64,000 nt of DNA from Eledone cirrhosa (Eukaryota): positions 33,976,001 to 34,040,000 of the forward strand of contig OZ024754.1 of assembly GCA_964016885.1 (NCBI GenBank), written 5' to 3'. Within the stretch, counting starts at the first letter, position 1, and each line of letters opens with the position of its first letter. The notes beneath the pieces were generated by a model. That model had not been told where the DNA came from, made no database searches, and worked only from the letters and a program-made list of their open reading frames with translations. Positions 53,708 through 60,662 of the stretch are shown here, piece by piece. Position numbers and translations under genes: made by a program.

Positions 53708-56700
53708 TACATGTGTGTGTGTAAGTTAAAAAGGAGAAACAATACAATACAATGGTAGTATATTAGTTCAACATTAGATATAGTTTGGAAAATGTCTTCC
53801 TTGAGCAAGACACTTTATTTCACATTGCTCCAGTTTACTCAGCTGTAGAAGAACGGAGGTAAAACGGTGATGATGATGATGATGATGATGATGATTTCAG
53901 ATGCTAGTCCTTCATTGGAATATAGAAAAGGAGTGAAGAGAAGATATTTGAGATATATAAATTCAAGCCAGAATCAGTTCCCATATGAGCAAGACATGGG
54001 CAGCCGACCGGACACTGCCCACAATAGGACAACCCATCTAACCCATGCTAGGGTGGAAGAACGGACGTAAAATAGTGATGATGATGATGTGTATTTGTAG
54101 ATAATAGCATATATATACGTACCATGAGTAATGCCTTATCATTGCCAATGACTAAGTCAAGAAGTGCAACATCTTTAGCTCGGGTCCGGAAGGAGATGCC
54201 ATTATACCATGGGAATGTAACACGATCCAGGTTAAGATTATCAAAAGCCAAATAACCATTGCCTTTCAGCTGATAGAGTTGATTAAGTACTGACAAAAGA
54301 AAGTAATAGTAATCAGTTATATAGAAGATAAAGAAGAGAAAGTCAGAAAAAAGTATAAGTTTTTTAAAGCTTACTCCTACTTTTATGCAGGCCCTATGAA
54401 AATATTTATGCTCATCATGGGGTCTTTTTTTTGAAGCAATGTTTTACAGCCAGATGCCCTTCTTAGCATCAACCATTTTAATCCCTTGTTATGACATGCA
54501 TGGATAGAGTGTTGCTAAAAGTTACCTCTTTGAAATATAATGGGTGACATGCATAGAAACAGTTCACATCTGATTCATATTTGACAGCTTATAAGACACA
54601 TGGGCTTATAAGATGACCACAATTTAGGCAGGTATTTTTTAAAAAATAAATAGAAGTGTTTAAACTATAAATGTCAGGTGAAGGGTATAAAGATTGTACA
54701 TCATATTTTCTTATTGTCATTCAACATCGTAATTCTAGTTGTAATATTTTCATACATTGGCAACACTTTTCTAAAAAGAGATATAATTTAAATAAATTTT
54801 ATGAAGAAAATGAATTTATTTTCACACTTCCCTATGTTTTAAAAATGTATTAAAATATTGTTTCTTCTTTTAGCACAAGGCCAGCAATTATCCCATTACA
54901 TTACTGGTACTTTATTTTATCGACCCCCATAAGGATAAAAGGCAAAGTTAACCTGGACGGGATTTGAACTCACAGCCCTTTACGGTCTAATTTCAAATCC
55001 TGTTGAGGTTAACTTTGTCTTTCATCGTTATGGGGTTGATGAAATAAAGTATCAGTAATGCACTGGAATAATTGCTGGCCTTGTGGCAAAAGAAGAAACA
55101 ATATCTTAATGCATTTAAAAAAAAAAAAGAAAGTGAGAAAATAAATTCATTTTATTCATCATAAAATTTATTAAAATTGTATCTCTTTTTAGAAAAGTGT
55201 TGCCATTGTTGGTGTAGAAGCGATCACCAACTTGTTTACATTTGTGGAGATGTTGGTGGTTTAATTTAAGGGCCACTGCAGCACTAGAACTCCACTAGCC
55301 AGTAACCCAAATTGACACCTGACTTTATAAAATGCAGGGTGATTTCCTGGGACATTTTTTGAAAAAGAAATGTGCATCTTATAAGCCTTCAAACGGGGTA
55401 ATTGATTTTGAAATGGTGAAGATCAAACACCACCTAGACAGGATTTGAACTCTAAACTTAGAGGTTCTAAACCACTCTGCTATCTAGGCCAAGCAGTAAC
55501 TTCTGAAGTGCAGATGAAATTTAATTAATTATCACAGAGTTTTGAAGGGTTTACTAAAATTATTGATTATTTTGTTACTAAAATAATAAGTTTATTTGGT
55601 TCTTGTATAAATTATGTTAAAAGAATTTGCTTTAAATAGGACCCTTTTAAAAAGGATGGTTTTGTTTCATAAAACCAAAGCTGGTTCTGGCTGGGTTGGT
55701 GTCAATAGGGTTAAATTGCTCAAAATTTCAGTTTGTTGTTATTCAAAAGTCATCATATACTTACAGTTTTCACAGGTTTTCCCAGCAGTTCCTGGTAAAC
55801 ATTCACAGTGGAAAGTGTCCCATGAATCAGAGCAGCTGCCTACAATTTAAGGAATCAACATTAGTTTTGAAAATATATATAAAATTAAAAGCAAATAATA
55901 CACACATACACTTATTCACAAACACTTACACACACATGCTTGATCTCACAAACACACATAAAGACTTGCTCACATACATGACCTCAGATCAAGTCATTTG
56001 CCAGACAAGTACAACTGTGGCTAAAATAACTCTTTTATGCTGTAATTGCTTTAGTTGCAACACATAACCTCAGATCAAGTCACTAGCCAGACAAGTATAG
56101 CTATGGCTAAAATGAGTCTTTTATGTTGTAATTGCTTTAGTTGCAACACAGTCTCAGTACAACACACAATCTTAGATCAAATCACCTGCCAGGCATGTAT
56201 AACTGTGGTTAAAATAACTCTTCCACAACGTCATTGCTTTAGTTTCAACACATAAACTTAGATCAAGTTATTTGCCAGACATGTACAACTGAGGCTAAGT
56301 CAACACTTCCATGATTTAGTTTTAAAACAGTCTCCAATCAAGTCACTAGCCAGATAAATCATCATCATCATCATTTAAAGTCCATCTTCCATGCTAGCAT
56401 GGGTTGGACGGTTTTGTTCCACTTGAACTCCAAAATTGGAAGAAAAAGAAAAATCAAAATAAAGAAGAAACAGTCAAAAATTTTAGAACATAGTTCAAAG
56501 AACAAACCTCCATGTTTGCAGGGAGATGAAAGGCAAAAGTTTTTCTTTGGTTCACAGCCTGGTTGAGTGTCCTTCTCAGCAACAGAAGTGTTTAAATCAA
56601 GCAAAACATTGTCTATATGGAAGTCCTTAATACACCCAACAAAATCCTTATTTTCAATTGGAAAGGAAGATGGTAGATGTGGAAGGCCTCCAATTTGTAG

Positions 56701-56752
56701 TGGACCCGTTAAATCTAACAGACGGTAACAGACTACAGCCATCTGGGAACAT
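2503..56752 (-). CDS. CELSR: Flamingo/Starry night/CELSR-family cadherin EGF LAG seven-pass adhesion GPCR (partial: 26 internal exons, N-terminal cadherin region and final exon(s) outside window)
   Basis: 26 exons with AG/GT boundaries and compatible phases join into one frame of about 1300 aa. Family motifs include [36 protein letters not shown]...[32 protein letters not shown]...IWSFAGP and the tail motif SDSDSE...[13 protein letters not shown]. Confidence 0.96.
2709..3048 (-). mobile_element. SINE family A
   Basis: Reverse complement of the 6928 copy. Confidence 0.9.
3062..3265. repeat. ~59-bp tandem repeat, 3-4 copies
   Basis: cccgtataaaagtcgaccccttattt... unit. Confidence 0.85.
3712..4581. 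repeat. 51-bp minisatellite, about 17 copies, SINE-B derived
   Basis: gggaaagttcaccttggcaggatttgaaatcagagtccagtgatccaaaaa. Confidence 0.97.
4744..4908 (-). CDS. CELSR: CELSR exon: tail with SDSDSE...[13 protein letters not shown] motif
   Basis: cag|AT ... GTT G|gtaagt; 165 nt; not in ORF track on this strand. Confidence 0.9.
5743..6164. repeat. 30-bp minisatellite, 14 copies
   Basis: acaaagtggctcaaataggctgtttttatc. Confidence 0.97.
6928..7280 (+). mobile_element. SINE family A (tRNA head, CORE-like segment, RTE-type tail, (ATG)n)
   Basis: A box TGGCTTAGTGG, B box GTTCAATTC, TCCTTGAGCAAGACACTT segment; multiple near-identical copies in window. Confidence 0.9.
7398..7590. repeat. 21-bp minisatellite
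   Basis: cccttcacccattaaacattt. Confidence 0.95.
8124..8452 (-). mobile_element. SINE family A
   Basis: Reverse complement of the 6928 copy. Confidence 0.9.
8961..9207. repeat. Long inverted repeat (117-bp arms, 13-nt loop)
   Basis: 8961-9077 is the reverse complement of 9091-9207 with about 5 mismatches. Confidence 0.95.
9258..9567 (+). mobile_element. RTE-clade LINE 3' fragment
   Basis: [12 protein letters not shown]...[17 protein letters not shown] followed by an (ATG)n tail. Confidence 0.88.
9630..9666 (+). ncRNA. Degenerate minimal hammerhead motif in TA-flanked island 9588-9698
   Basis: CGAG-CUGAAGA-UCCGCAAGGU-AAAAC-AAUU-GUU-CUCG; stem I CGAG/CUCG, palindromic stem III, G12 replaced by A. 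Confidence 0.5.
9755..10040 (-). mobile_element. CR1-group LINE 3' fragment
   Basis: [13 protein letters not shown]...[16 protein letters not shown]. Confidence 0.75.
10195..10486 (-). CDS. CELSR: CELSR exon: cytoplasmic tail (RSALAYRN...[14 protein letters not shown]...[10 protein letters not shown])
   Basis: cag|AGA ... GAT G|gtacgt; 292 nt; GISTxSTTSRST resembles invertebrate Flamingo tails. Confidence 0.88.
10563..10745. mobile_element. TA-flanked fold-back element (family also at 11292-11481 and 11581-11740)
   Basis: Shared ~80-bp tail plus 44-bp perfect inverted arms at 10641-10684 and 10702-10745. Confidence 0.7.
10851..11098. repeat. Near-perfect 248-bp palindrome with no spacer
   Basis: Centre ggatttt|aaaatcc at 10974/10975; one mismatch seen. 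Confidence 0.95.
12094..12470 (-). mobile_element. Two tandem SINE family B copies
   Basis: Reverse-complement copies at 12094-12296 and 12301-12470. Confidence 0.85.
12795..13512. repeat. ~49-52-bp minisatellite interrupted by a SINE
   Basis: ctacatgtgaagaggactgtatggtgttatggacctgaaaccatatag. Confidence 0.95.
12923..13105 (+). mobile_element. SINE family B inserted in a 52-bp minisatellite
   Basis: TSD gttattgacct on both sides. Confidence 0.9.
13530..14106. repeat. 49-50-bp minisatellite, about 12 copies
   Basis: gggtggactgggtacttttttgttgtgacaccaacatgacaaccttaca. Confidence 0.97.
14196..14291 (-). CDS. CELSR: CELSR exon: helix 8 and tail ([32 protein letters not shown])
   Basis: tag|GTA ... 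TCG|gtaagt; 96 nt. Confidence 0.9.
14341..14930. repeat. (TA)n/TAAA microsatellite
   Basis: About 590 bp of almost pure A/T. Confidence 0.97.
15785..15953 (-). CDS. CELSR: CELSR exon: TM6-TM7 (WVFALLSVN...FHYLFA...[10 protein letters not shown])
   Basis: cag|A ... CCA|gtaagt; 169 nt. Confidence 0.94.
16000..16312 (+). mobile_element. Headless RTE-tail non-autonomous retroposon (relatives at 25891-26215 -, 29551-29840 -, 40852-41157 +)
   Basis: Shares the AAAAAGCACCCAG repeats, GTTAGGAAGGGCATCCAGC and (ATG)n tail with SINE A. Confidence 0.75.
16972..17192 (+). mobile_element. SINE family B (older copy)
   Basis: Diverged match. Confidence 0.8.
17977..18062 (-). CDS. CELSR: CELSR exon: TM5 end and ICL3 ([28 protein letters not shown])
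   Basis: tag|ATT ... AA|gtaagt; 86 nt; phases match neighbours. Confidence 0.87.
18440..18720 (-). mobile_element. RTE LINE 3' fragment (similar relics at about 22010-22235 and 27420-27700)
   Basis: [14 protein letters not shown] motif. Confidence 0.7.
18740..19562 (+). mobile_element. CR1-group LINE 3' end with internal ~59-bp tandem amplification
   Basis: TREHAYKV...[21 protein letters not shown]; unit repeated about 8 times at 18840-19370; (ATT)n tail. Confidence 0.85.
20065..20131 (-). CDS. CELSR: CELSR exon: ECL2/TM5 ([22 protein letters not shown])
   Basis: cag|T TGC TGG ... GCA|gtaagt; 67 nt. Confidence 0.93.
20165..20511 (+). mobile_element. SINE family A
   Basis: Full length; 34 bp from an exon acceptor. 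Confidence 0.9.
20851..21045 (+). mobile_element. SINE family B (~190 bp, tRNA-derived, ATT-type tail) with TSD
   Basis: A box TGGCAGTATCGG, B box GTTCAAATC; TSD gttattata(t/c)acaagg. Confidence 0.9.
21177..21243 (-). CDS. CELSR: CELSR exon: TM4 ([21 protein letters not shown])
   Basis: cag|TT ... TT|gtaagt; 67 nt. Confidence 0.92.
22247..22925. repeat. (GGT/GAT)n compound trinucleotide repeat
   Basis: Direct reading. Confidence 0.97.
23025..23178 (-). CDS. CELSR: CELSR exon: TM3 and ICL2 ([12 protein letters not shown]...[21 protein letters not shown])
   Basis: cag|ATT ... TTC G|gtaagt; 154 nt. Confidence 0.95.
23541..23747 (-). CDS. CELSR: CELSR exon: TM1-TM2
   Basis: cag|TAT ... GAA|gtaagt; 207 nt; two hydrophobic helices. 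Confidence 0.93.
23833..23920 (+). mobile_element. mariner-like TIR fragment
   Basis: TA-CGAGGG start and TTTATTTTTCAACATAGTC subterminal motif. Confidence 0.5.
24413..24738 (-). mobile_element. SINE family A nested in a TTAA MITE
   Basis: Interrupts MITE 24232-24763. Confidence 0.9.
25498..25848. mobile_element. TA-flanked fold-back element (single-arm relative at about 15080-15245)
   Basis: Arms 25498-25597 and 25658-25757 plus a tail shared with 15103-15243. Confidence 0.7.
26274..26620 (+). mobile_element. SINE family A
   Basis: Full length between TA tracts. Confidence 0.9.
29061..29522 (-). mobile_element. Retrozyme-like / Penelope pLTR-like unit with 62-bp terminal direct repeat
   Basis: 29061-29122 matches 29461-29522 (2 mismatches), 400 nt apart; contains the hammerhead; flanked by TA-rich microsatellite. 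Confidence 0.65.
29195..29244 (-). ncRNA. Type I minimal hammerhead ribozyme motif
   Basis: Minus strand reads GAACUGUA-CUGAUGA-AGGGUAAUACCCA-GAAAC-AUUAGU-GUC-UAUAGUUC: 8-bp stem I, intact core, GUC cleavage triplet. Confidence 0.8.
30075..30292. mobile_element. piggyBac-type MITE, ~220 bp (copies at 4989-5213, 16627-16849, 21321-21517, 24232-24763, 28254-28480, 38250-38813, 39362-39547)
   Basis: TTAA target sites and CCCTTTAGCATTTA terminal inverted repeats. Confidence 0.85.
30326..31547 (-). mobile_element. Non-autonomous Helitron, copy 1
   Basis: Minus strand A|TCTATATATATAAAACTGTGGTTGTCTGTCTGTC ... CCCGAGCAACGCCGGG hairpin ... CTAG|T; internal ~37-bp minisatellite; duplicated 3' end. 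Confidence 0.85.
31762..33015 (-). mobile_element. Non-autonomous Helitron, copy 2
   Basis: Same termini as copy 1, near-identical; carries an extra ~29 bp at 32701-32729. Confidence 0.85.
33126..33810. repeat. 40-bp minisatellite, about 16 copies
   Basis: acacacctagagattattggtggcacactaaagtgtcaca. Confidence 0.96.
35644..35776 (-). CDS. CELSR: CELSR exon: GPS and Stachel (NGYWSRKGC...[19 protein letters not shown])
   Basis: tag|G ... GAG|gtagga; 133 nt. Confidence 0.94.
37078..37265 (+). mobile_element. SINE family B with TSD attattttaagaaa
   Basis: Full length. Confidence 0.9.
37488..37664 (-). CDS. CELSR: CELSR exon: GAIN and GPS start (ISTPVISLV...[10 protein letters not shown])
   Basis: tag|G ... 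GG|gtgagt; 177 nt. Confidence 0.92.
38005..38182 (+). mobile_element. SINE family B
   Basis: Internal deletion. Confidence 0.85.
38413..38750 (+). mobile_element. SINE family A nested in a TTAA MITE
   Basis: Interrupts MITE 38250-38813. Confidence 0.9.
38834..39066. mobile_element. Tc1/pogo-type MITE (relatives at about 41548-41740, 52594-52800, 21700-21912)
   Basis: TA-CTATATATACTCAAACATAAG ... CTTATATTCAAGTATATATAG-TA inverted termini. Confidence 0.7.
39106..39217 (-). CDS. CELSR: CELSR exon: GAIN ([37 protein letters not shown])
   Basis: cag|TT ... CG|gtatgt; 112 nt. Confidence 0.9.
40335..40481 (-). CDS. CELSR: CELSR exon: GAIN ([21 protein letters not shown]...IQLPHSLL)
   Basis: tag|TC ... 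TTA T|gtatgt; 147 nt. Confidence 0.88.
40639..41157 (+). mobile_element. RTE ORF C-terminus joined to the SINE-A-like 3' region
   Basis: VMRM...[15 protein letters not shown], then the 16000-type sequence. Confidence 0.75.
41216..41537 (-). pseudogene. Penelope-like element GIY-YIG endonuclease relic
   Basis: [27 protein letters not shown]...SSVKK/HLLKC...[17 protein letters not shown], with one +1 frameshift in an A7 run near 41425. Confidence 0.8.
42034..42214 (-). CDS. CELSR: CELSR exon: GAIN (NMLTALS...[10 protein letters not shown]...PFQVISENI)
   Basis: cag|AAC ... ATT G|gtaagt; 181 nt. Confidence 0.92.
42639..42848 (-). CDS. CELSR: CELSR exon: GAIN subdomain A (IQQIEKG...LYGNDI...[20 protein letters not shown])
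   Basis: tag|ATT ... AAG|gtatta; 210 nt. Confidence 0.92.
43510..43700 (+). mobile_element. SINE family B with TSD attattttagaaacaa
   Basis: Full length; opposite-strand copy nearby at 43972-44165. Confidence 0.9.
44368..44462 (-). CDS. CELSR: CELSR exon: HRM end ([31 protein letters not shown])
   Basis: cag|GC ... CAG|gtatgt; 95 nt. Confidence 0.92.
45208..45309 (-). CDS. CELSR: CELSR exon: hormone-receptor motif ([19 protein letters not shown]...CPTGAIG)
   Basis: cag|TT ... ATT G|gtatat; 102 nt. Confidence 0.92.
45836..46019 (-). CDS. CELSR: CELSR exon: laminin-EGF (RNHYKP...[37 protein letters not shown]...PFAEV)
   Basis: cag|AGA ... AGA G|gtaaat; 184 nt. Confidence 0.94.
46089..48097. 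repeat. 29/30-bp minisatellite, about 2 kb
   Basis: aaagtgaaac(t/ca)ggtgtaatattcacc(c/t)cc. Confidence 0.98.
48170..48381 (-). mobile_element. SINE family B
   Basis: Full-length reverse complement. Confidence 0.9.
48452..48717 (-). CDS. CELSR: CELSR exon: EGF and laminin-EGF ([16 protein letters not shown]...[16 protein letters not shown])
   Basis: tag|GC ... AAA|gtttgt; 266 nt. Confidence 0.94.
49632..49800 (-). CDS. CELSR: CELSR exon: LamG2 end and EGF (SFRIGN...[14 protein letters not shown]...YSCQCLPG)
   Basis: cag|AGT ... CCA G|gtaatc; 169 nt. Confidence 0.92.
50450..50563 (-). CDS. CELSR: CELSR exon: LamG2 ([21 protein letters not shown]...FVGCIR)
   Basis: cag|GAA ... CGG|gtgagt; 114 nt. 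Confidence 0.92.
50656..51240. repeat. ~40-bp minisatellite
   Basis: gtgacttgatctgagactgtgtgttgtacttgactggcaa. Confidence 0.95.
51530..52590 (-). mobile_element. RTE LINE relic with tandemly amplified ORF segment
   Basis: [21 protein letters not shown] repeated; VKMFCYLG upstream. Confidence 0.7.
52265..52452 (-). mobile_element. SINE family B nested in an RTE relic
   Basis: Full-length reverse complement. Confidence 0.88.
52823..52972 (-). CDS. CELSR: CELSR exon: LamG2 (LKDGFVTY...VNDGKWHYV...TVDY)
   Basis: cag|CTG ... ATG|gtaagt; 150 nt; NDGxWH LamG motif. Confidence 0.92.
53297..53355 (+). ncRNA. Hammerhead ribozyme variant (CUGAUUA core)
   Basis: GCUGU-CUGAUUA-[GGU..AGCUGUU-gugu-AACAGUU..ACC]-GAAA-UAUAUA-UA-GCAGC; all three stems form, but G8 is U. 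Confidence 0.6.
54123..54289 (-). CDS. CELSR: CELSR exon: LamG2 start ([15 protein letters not shown]...[12 protein letters not shown]...)
   Basis: cag|TA ... ATG|gtacgt; 167 nt. Confidence 0.9.
54754..55209. repeat. Diverged inverted duplication of a SINE plus ~100 bp of flank
   Basis: Two SINE-B halves face each other; AT-rich flanks 54754-54855 and 55103-55209 are also complementary. Confidence 0.85.
55765..55839 (-). CDS. CELSR: CELSR exon: EGF ([24 protein letters not shown])
   Basis: tag|GC ... AAC T|gtaagt; 75 nt; not in ORF track. Confidence 0.92.
56508..56752 (-). CDS. CELSR: CELSR exon: end of LamG1 and start of EGF ([22 protein letters not shown]...[10 protein letters not shown])
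   Basis: tag|A TGT ... GGA G|gtttgt; 245 nt. Confidence 0.92.
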
Positions 56753-57047
56753 CTAGATTTGGATGAGTTGAAAATAAAATAAAACACAGTTTAGTTTACA
56801 TGAAACATTGTGAAGAATATGGTTATGGCTGTTTGGGGAAAGCTGGTATAATGCAAATTAGAAATAGAGGAGTGAAAACTTGAGTAAAGTAAGACAAACA
56901 AAAGAAAACATCAGTTTACACATTTACCTTACATTTTATGATACTTCAGGTTTAAGGCCAACTTTCTTTCTCTCTCTTTCTTTTCAAAAGAAAGGAAATG
57001 GTGTTTGATGGAGTGAGGTGGTGATATTATTATGAAATACAAAGCAA

Positions 57048-57240
57048 GGGCGGTGGATTGGCAGTATCGGTAGAGGGTTGGGCGCCATGCTTTGAAGCAT
57101 AGAGTTACCTCCCTTCATGATCTGAGTTCAAATCCCGCCGAGGTTAACTTTGCCTTTCATTCTTACGGGGTCGATAAAATAAAGTACCAGTAATATACTG
57201 AGATAATTGCTGGCCTGGTGCCAAAAGTAGAAACAATTAT
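57048..57240 (+). mobile_element. SINE family B with TSD attattatgaaatacaaag
   Basis: Full length, inside an inverted-repeat element spanning about 56823-57362. Confidence 0.9.
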
Positions 57241-58268
57241 TATGAAATACAAAGTAAAAGTGTAAACTGTTGTTTTGTTTTATTGTTTCACATTATTCTA
57301 GTTTTCACTCCTTTACTTCTAATTTACATTATACTGGATTTCTCATAACAATTCTAGCCATTAAAAAAAAAAAGGGTTAATGTGAATGAGAATTGAATTA
57401 ATAAAGAATATTATTGACAATAAAACTTCAAAGCTTTTATATTCCCATATAAGGTTTGAGAGACTGTTTTAATTCAACTTTTCTTGTAAATAACAAAACT
57501 AAAAATTGACTGCTTTCAATGAATGTATACTGTGTTTAACAAATGGAATGAATCTCTGTCAGCTTCGATGTTGGATGTCCCCATCTTTGATCAATTGAAC
57601 ATCTTGCTTGTGAAATTGATTTGTAAATGGCCGAGCATTCCAAAATCACATGTACTCTTAATGTAAATCTCATGGAGATTCAGCATGGCATAGTTTGTGA
57701 CAGGGCTAGCTCTTTGAAATACAGGTACAACTCATTTTTTACACCCGAGTTGACCAGGCAGTGTGAAATAATCTGTTAAACATTGTCATCATTTTACATC
57801 TACTTCCTATGCTGGTGTGAGTTTGGACGAGTCATCATCATGTGTATCGGTTCTTATTTGGAGTTACTGTTCTCCTAGATAAATCTGAGGACTACATCTC
57901 GATTGAACATTCTATTTTTTGGTATGGTTTCTACAGCTGGATGCACTTCTTAACGCCTACCCCTCTACAGAGTGTACTGGCTGTATTTTATTGTGGCACC
58001 ACCATTAGAGAATTCCTTAGTCCTACCAAAGAGTAAAGAGTTTTTCAAACCTTAAGTAGTCTCCACATGCTTGCCACCTACTTTACAGGGTATACTGGGT
58101 GTATCTTATTGCTGTATTAACATATTGATATTGATAACATTGGTAATGGTTTCCATCTGTTTTTATTAACATATCTATATCAGTTCAATTATTTCTCTTG
58201 AAAAACATTAACAATGTTTTTCTTCAACATTATCAAGATTTTAAACCTACAAAACTATTACATTACAT

Positions 58269-58615
58269 GGAGGCACATGGCTTAGTGGTTAGAGCATTGG
58301 CCTTGCAATCGAAAGGTTGTGAGTTCAATTCTCAGACCGGGTGATGTGTTGTTTCCTTGAGCAAGACACTTTATTTCATGTTGCTCCAGTTTACTCAGCT
58401 GTAGAAATGAGATGATAGGGACTGGGATCCCTATCATTCCACTGCAAAGTGGTCATGGAGGTGCCATGGCAAAAAAAGCACCCAGCACTCACTGTAAATG
58501 AGGTTGGTGTTAGGAAGGGCATCCAGCTGTAGAAATCAAGCCAGAATCAGTTCCCATCCCACCCTTGCAAGCAGGGAAAAGTGGACGTAAAATGAAATGA
58601 TGATGATGATGATGA
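58269..58615 (+). mobile_element. SINE family A
   Basis: Full length. Confidence 0.9.
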
Positions 58616-58846
58616 ATGAAAACACTGTATAAAACAGTGTCATGAACCAAATAATTGAGCCTGGGAATGCACACTTGTTTTTGACATTTTTATACTCAAA
58701 TCATAGTCAATCTTATACAATAGCACTAGTATTATCATCATCACCATCATCATCATTTAATGTCTATCTTCGACGCTAGCAAGGGTTAGACGGCTCACTG
58801 AATTCATCATCATTATCATTTTACGTCCGCTTTTCCCTGCTTGCAA

Positions 58847-58883
<37 letters not shown>

Positions 58884-58885
<2 letters not shown>

Positions 58886-59096
58886 TTCATTTCAGCTACA
58901 AGTATGATGTTTTTCTATGGGTGGGTGAGCGGGCGGGTGTAAGGTTCTGCAGTTTCTTCATATTTTGCTGACTCTACATCACAGTTTGTTTATCACAATA
59001 ATTCTATGCTACTGCTAGTAAAACTTACAATGAGCTATACATTAGCCTTGACAGTTAACCCTAAAACTTGTCACGTTGTCATACATGTGACTTGCA

Positions 59097-59132
<36 letters not shown>

Positions 59133-59840
59133 TAGGTTGGATGCATGACTTGAGAAGCTAGGAATTACCATCAAGACGGTATTGATGCAGAAAACAGCAA
59201 CGATTCTAAGGAATCAGACCTTAGAATCTGAGTTCAAATCCCGCTGAAGTTAACTTTGCCTTTCATCCTTACAGGGTCGATAAAATAAAGTACCAGTAAC
59301 GTACTGGGGACGATTTAATCGACTCCCCCCCCCCCCCCAAAAAAATGTGCCTATACTAGAAATCATTATTATTGTTATTATTGCGCATAGAGTTACGGCC
59401 CTTGCCATTCTGAGTTCAAATCCCGCCGAGGTTAACTTTGCCTTTCATCCTTACGGGGTCGATAAAATAAAGTACCAGTAATACACTGGGTAATTGCTGG
59501 CCTTGTGCCTAACGTAGAAACAATTATTATTGTTATTATTATTGTTGTTGTTGTTATTGTTATTGTTATTATTATTGGATTGGCAGTATCGGTAGAGAGT
59601 CGGACGCCATGCTTTGACGCATAGAGTTATGGCCCTTGCCATTCTGAGTTCAAATCCCGCTGAGGTTAACTTTGCCTTTCATCCTTACGGGGTCAATAAA
59701 ATAAAGTACCAGTAATACACTGGGTAATTGCCGGCCTTGTGCGAAAAGTAGAAACAATGATTGTGAAGAAACTGCGGAACCTTACATCTGCCCGCTCACC
59801 CACCCATAGAAAAACATTATACTAGTAGCTGAAATGAAAA
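58884..59840. mobile_element. Inverted-repeat element with ~77-bp arms and nested SINEs
   Basis: 58884-58960 is the near reverse complement of 59764-59840. Confidence 0.7.
59220..59760 (+). mobile_element. Cluster of three SINE family B copies
   Basis: Head-to-tail copies separated by (TTA/TTG)n. Confidence 0.88.
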
Positions 59841-60317
59841 AAAACCCATGATATATACAGCTCACATCTATGCAGATTTGGCAGTTTTCCTATGAGGTAG
59901 TTTCTCATAGGAGGTTTCTTGGGTGTTTTAAAGATAGGTGGGACCTCAGTCTGATCATATAGACACACATGTGCATGTCATTACAGCTCACACATATATA
60001 GGTTTAACTGACCCCCAACAAGATTGTATCTTATGGAGAAGTTAGATGGATATTTTAATGAGAGGGGCATAGTGTTAATATTGATACAGCCCACACCTAC
60101 ATTGGTTTAATTGGCCTCTGACAAGGTTATATCTCATTCAGGTGTTTTAATAATAGGAGACCCAGTCTTATCATGAAAAGCAATGTGATATGAAGTGTCA
60201 TATTCAGGAACACAACATGCCATCTAGTTCAAGAATTGAACCTCTCAACCCCTTGATTATAAGTTTTACATGCTAACTACTAGGCCACATACTCTCACAG
60301 ATTATACAGATTTGGTA

Positions 60318-60662
60318 TCCAGATCTATTCATCTGGTATTCAGATCTATTCATCTGGTATTCAGATCTATTCATCTGGTATTCAGATCTATTCATCTGGC
60401 ATTCAAATCTATTCATCTGGTATCCAGATCTATTCATCTGGTATTCAGATCTATTCATCTGGTATTCAGATCTATTCATCTGGCATTCAAATCTATTCAT
60501 CTGGTATTCAGATCTATTCATCTGGTATTCAGATCTATTCATCTGGCATTCAAATCTATTCATCTGGTATTCAGATTTATTCATCTGGTATTCAGATCTA
60601 TTCATCTGGTATTCAAATCTATTCATCTGGTATTCAGATCTGTTCATCTGGTATTCAGATTT
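60318..60662. repeat. 21-bp minisatellite
   Basis: ttcagatctattcatctggta. Confidence 0.96.

Noticed and set aside
59133-59225. R4/Dong-like C-terminal fragment (LMQKTA..IL) next to (AAT)n
   Set aside because: Too short and degenerate to call without a search
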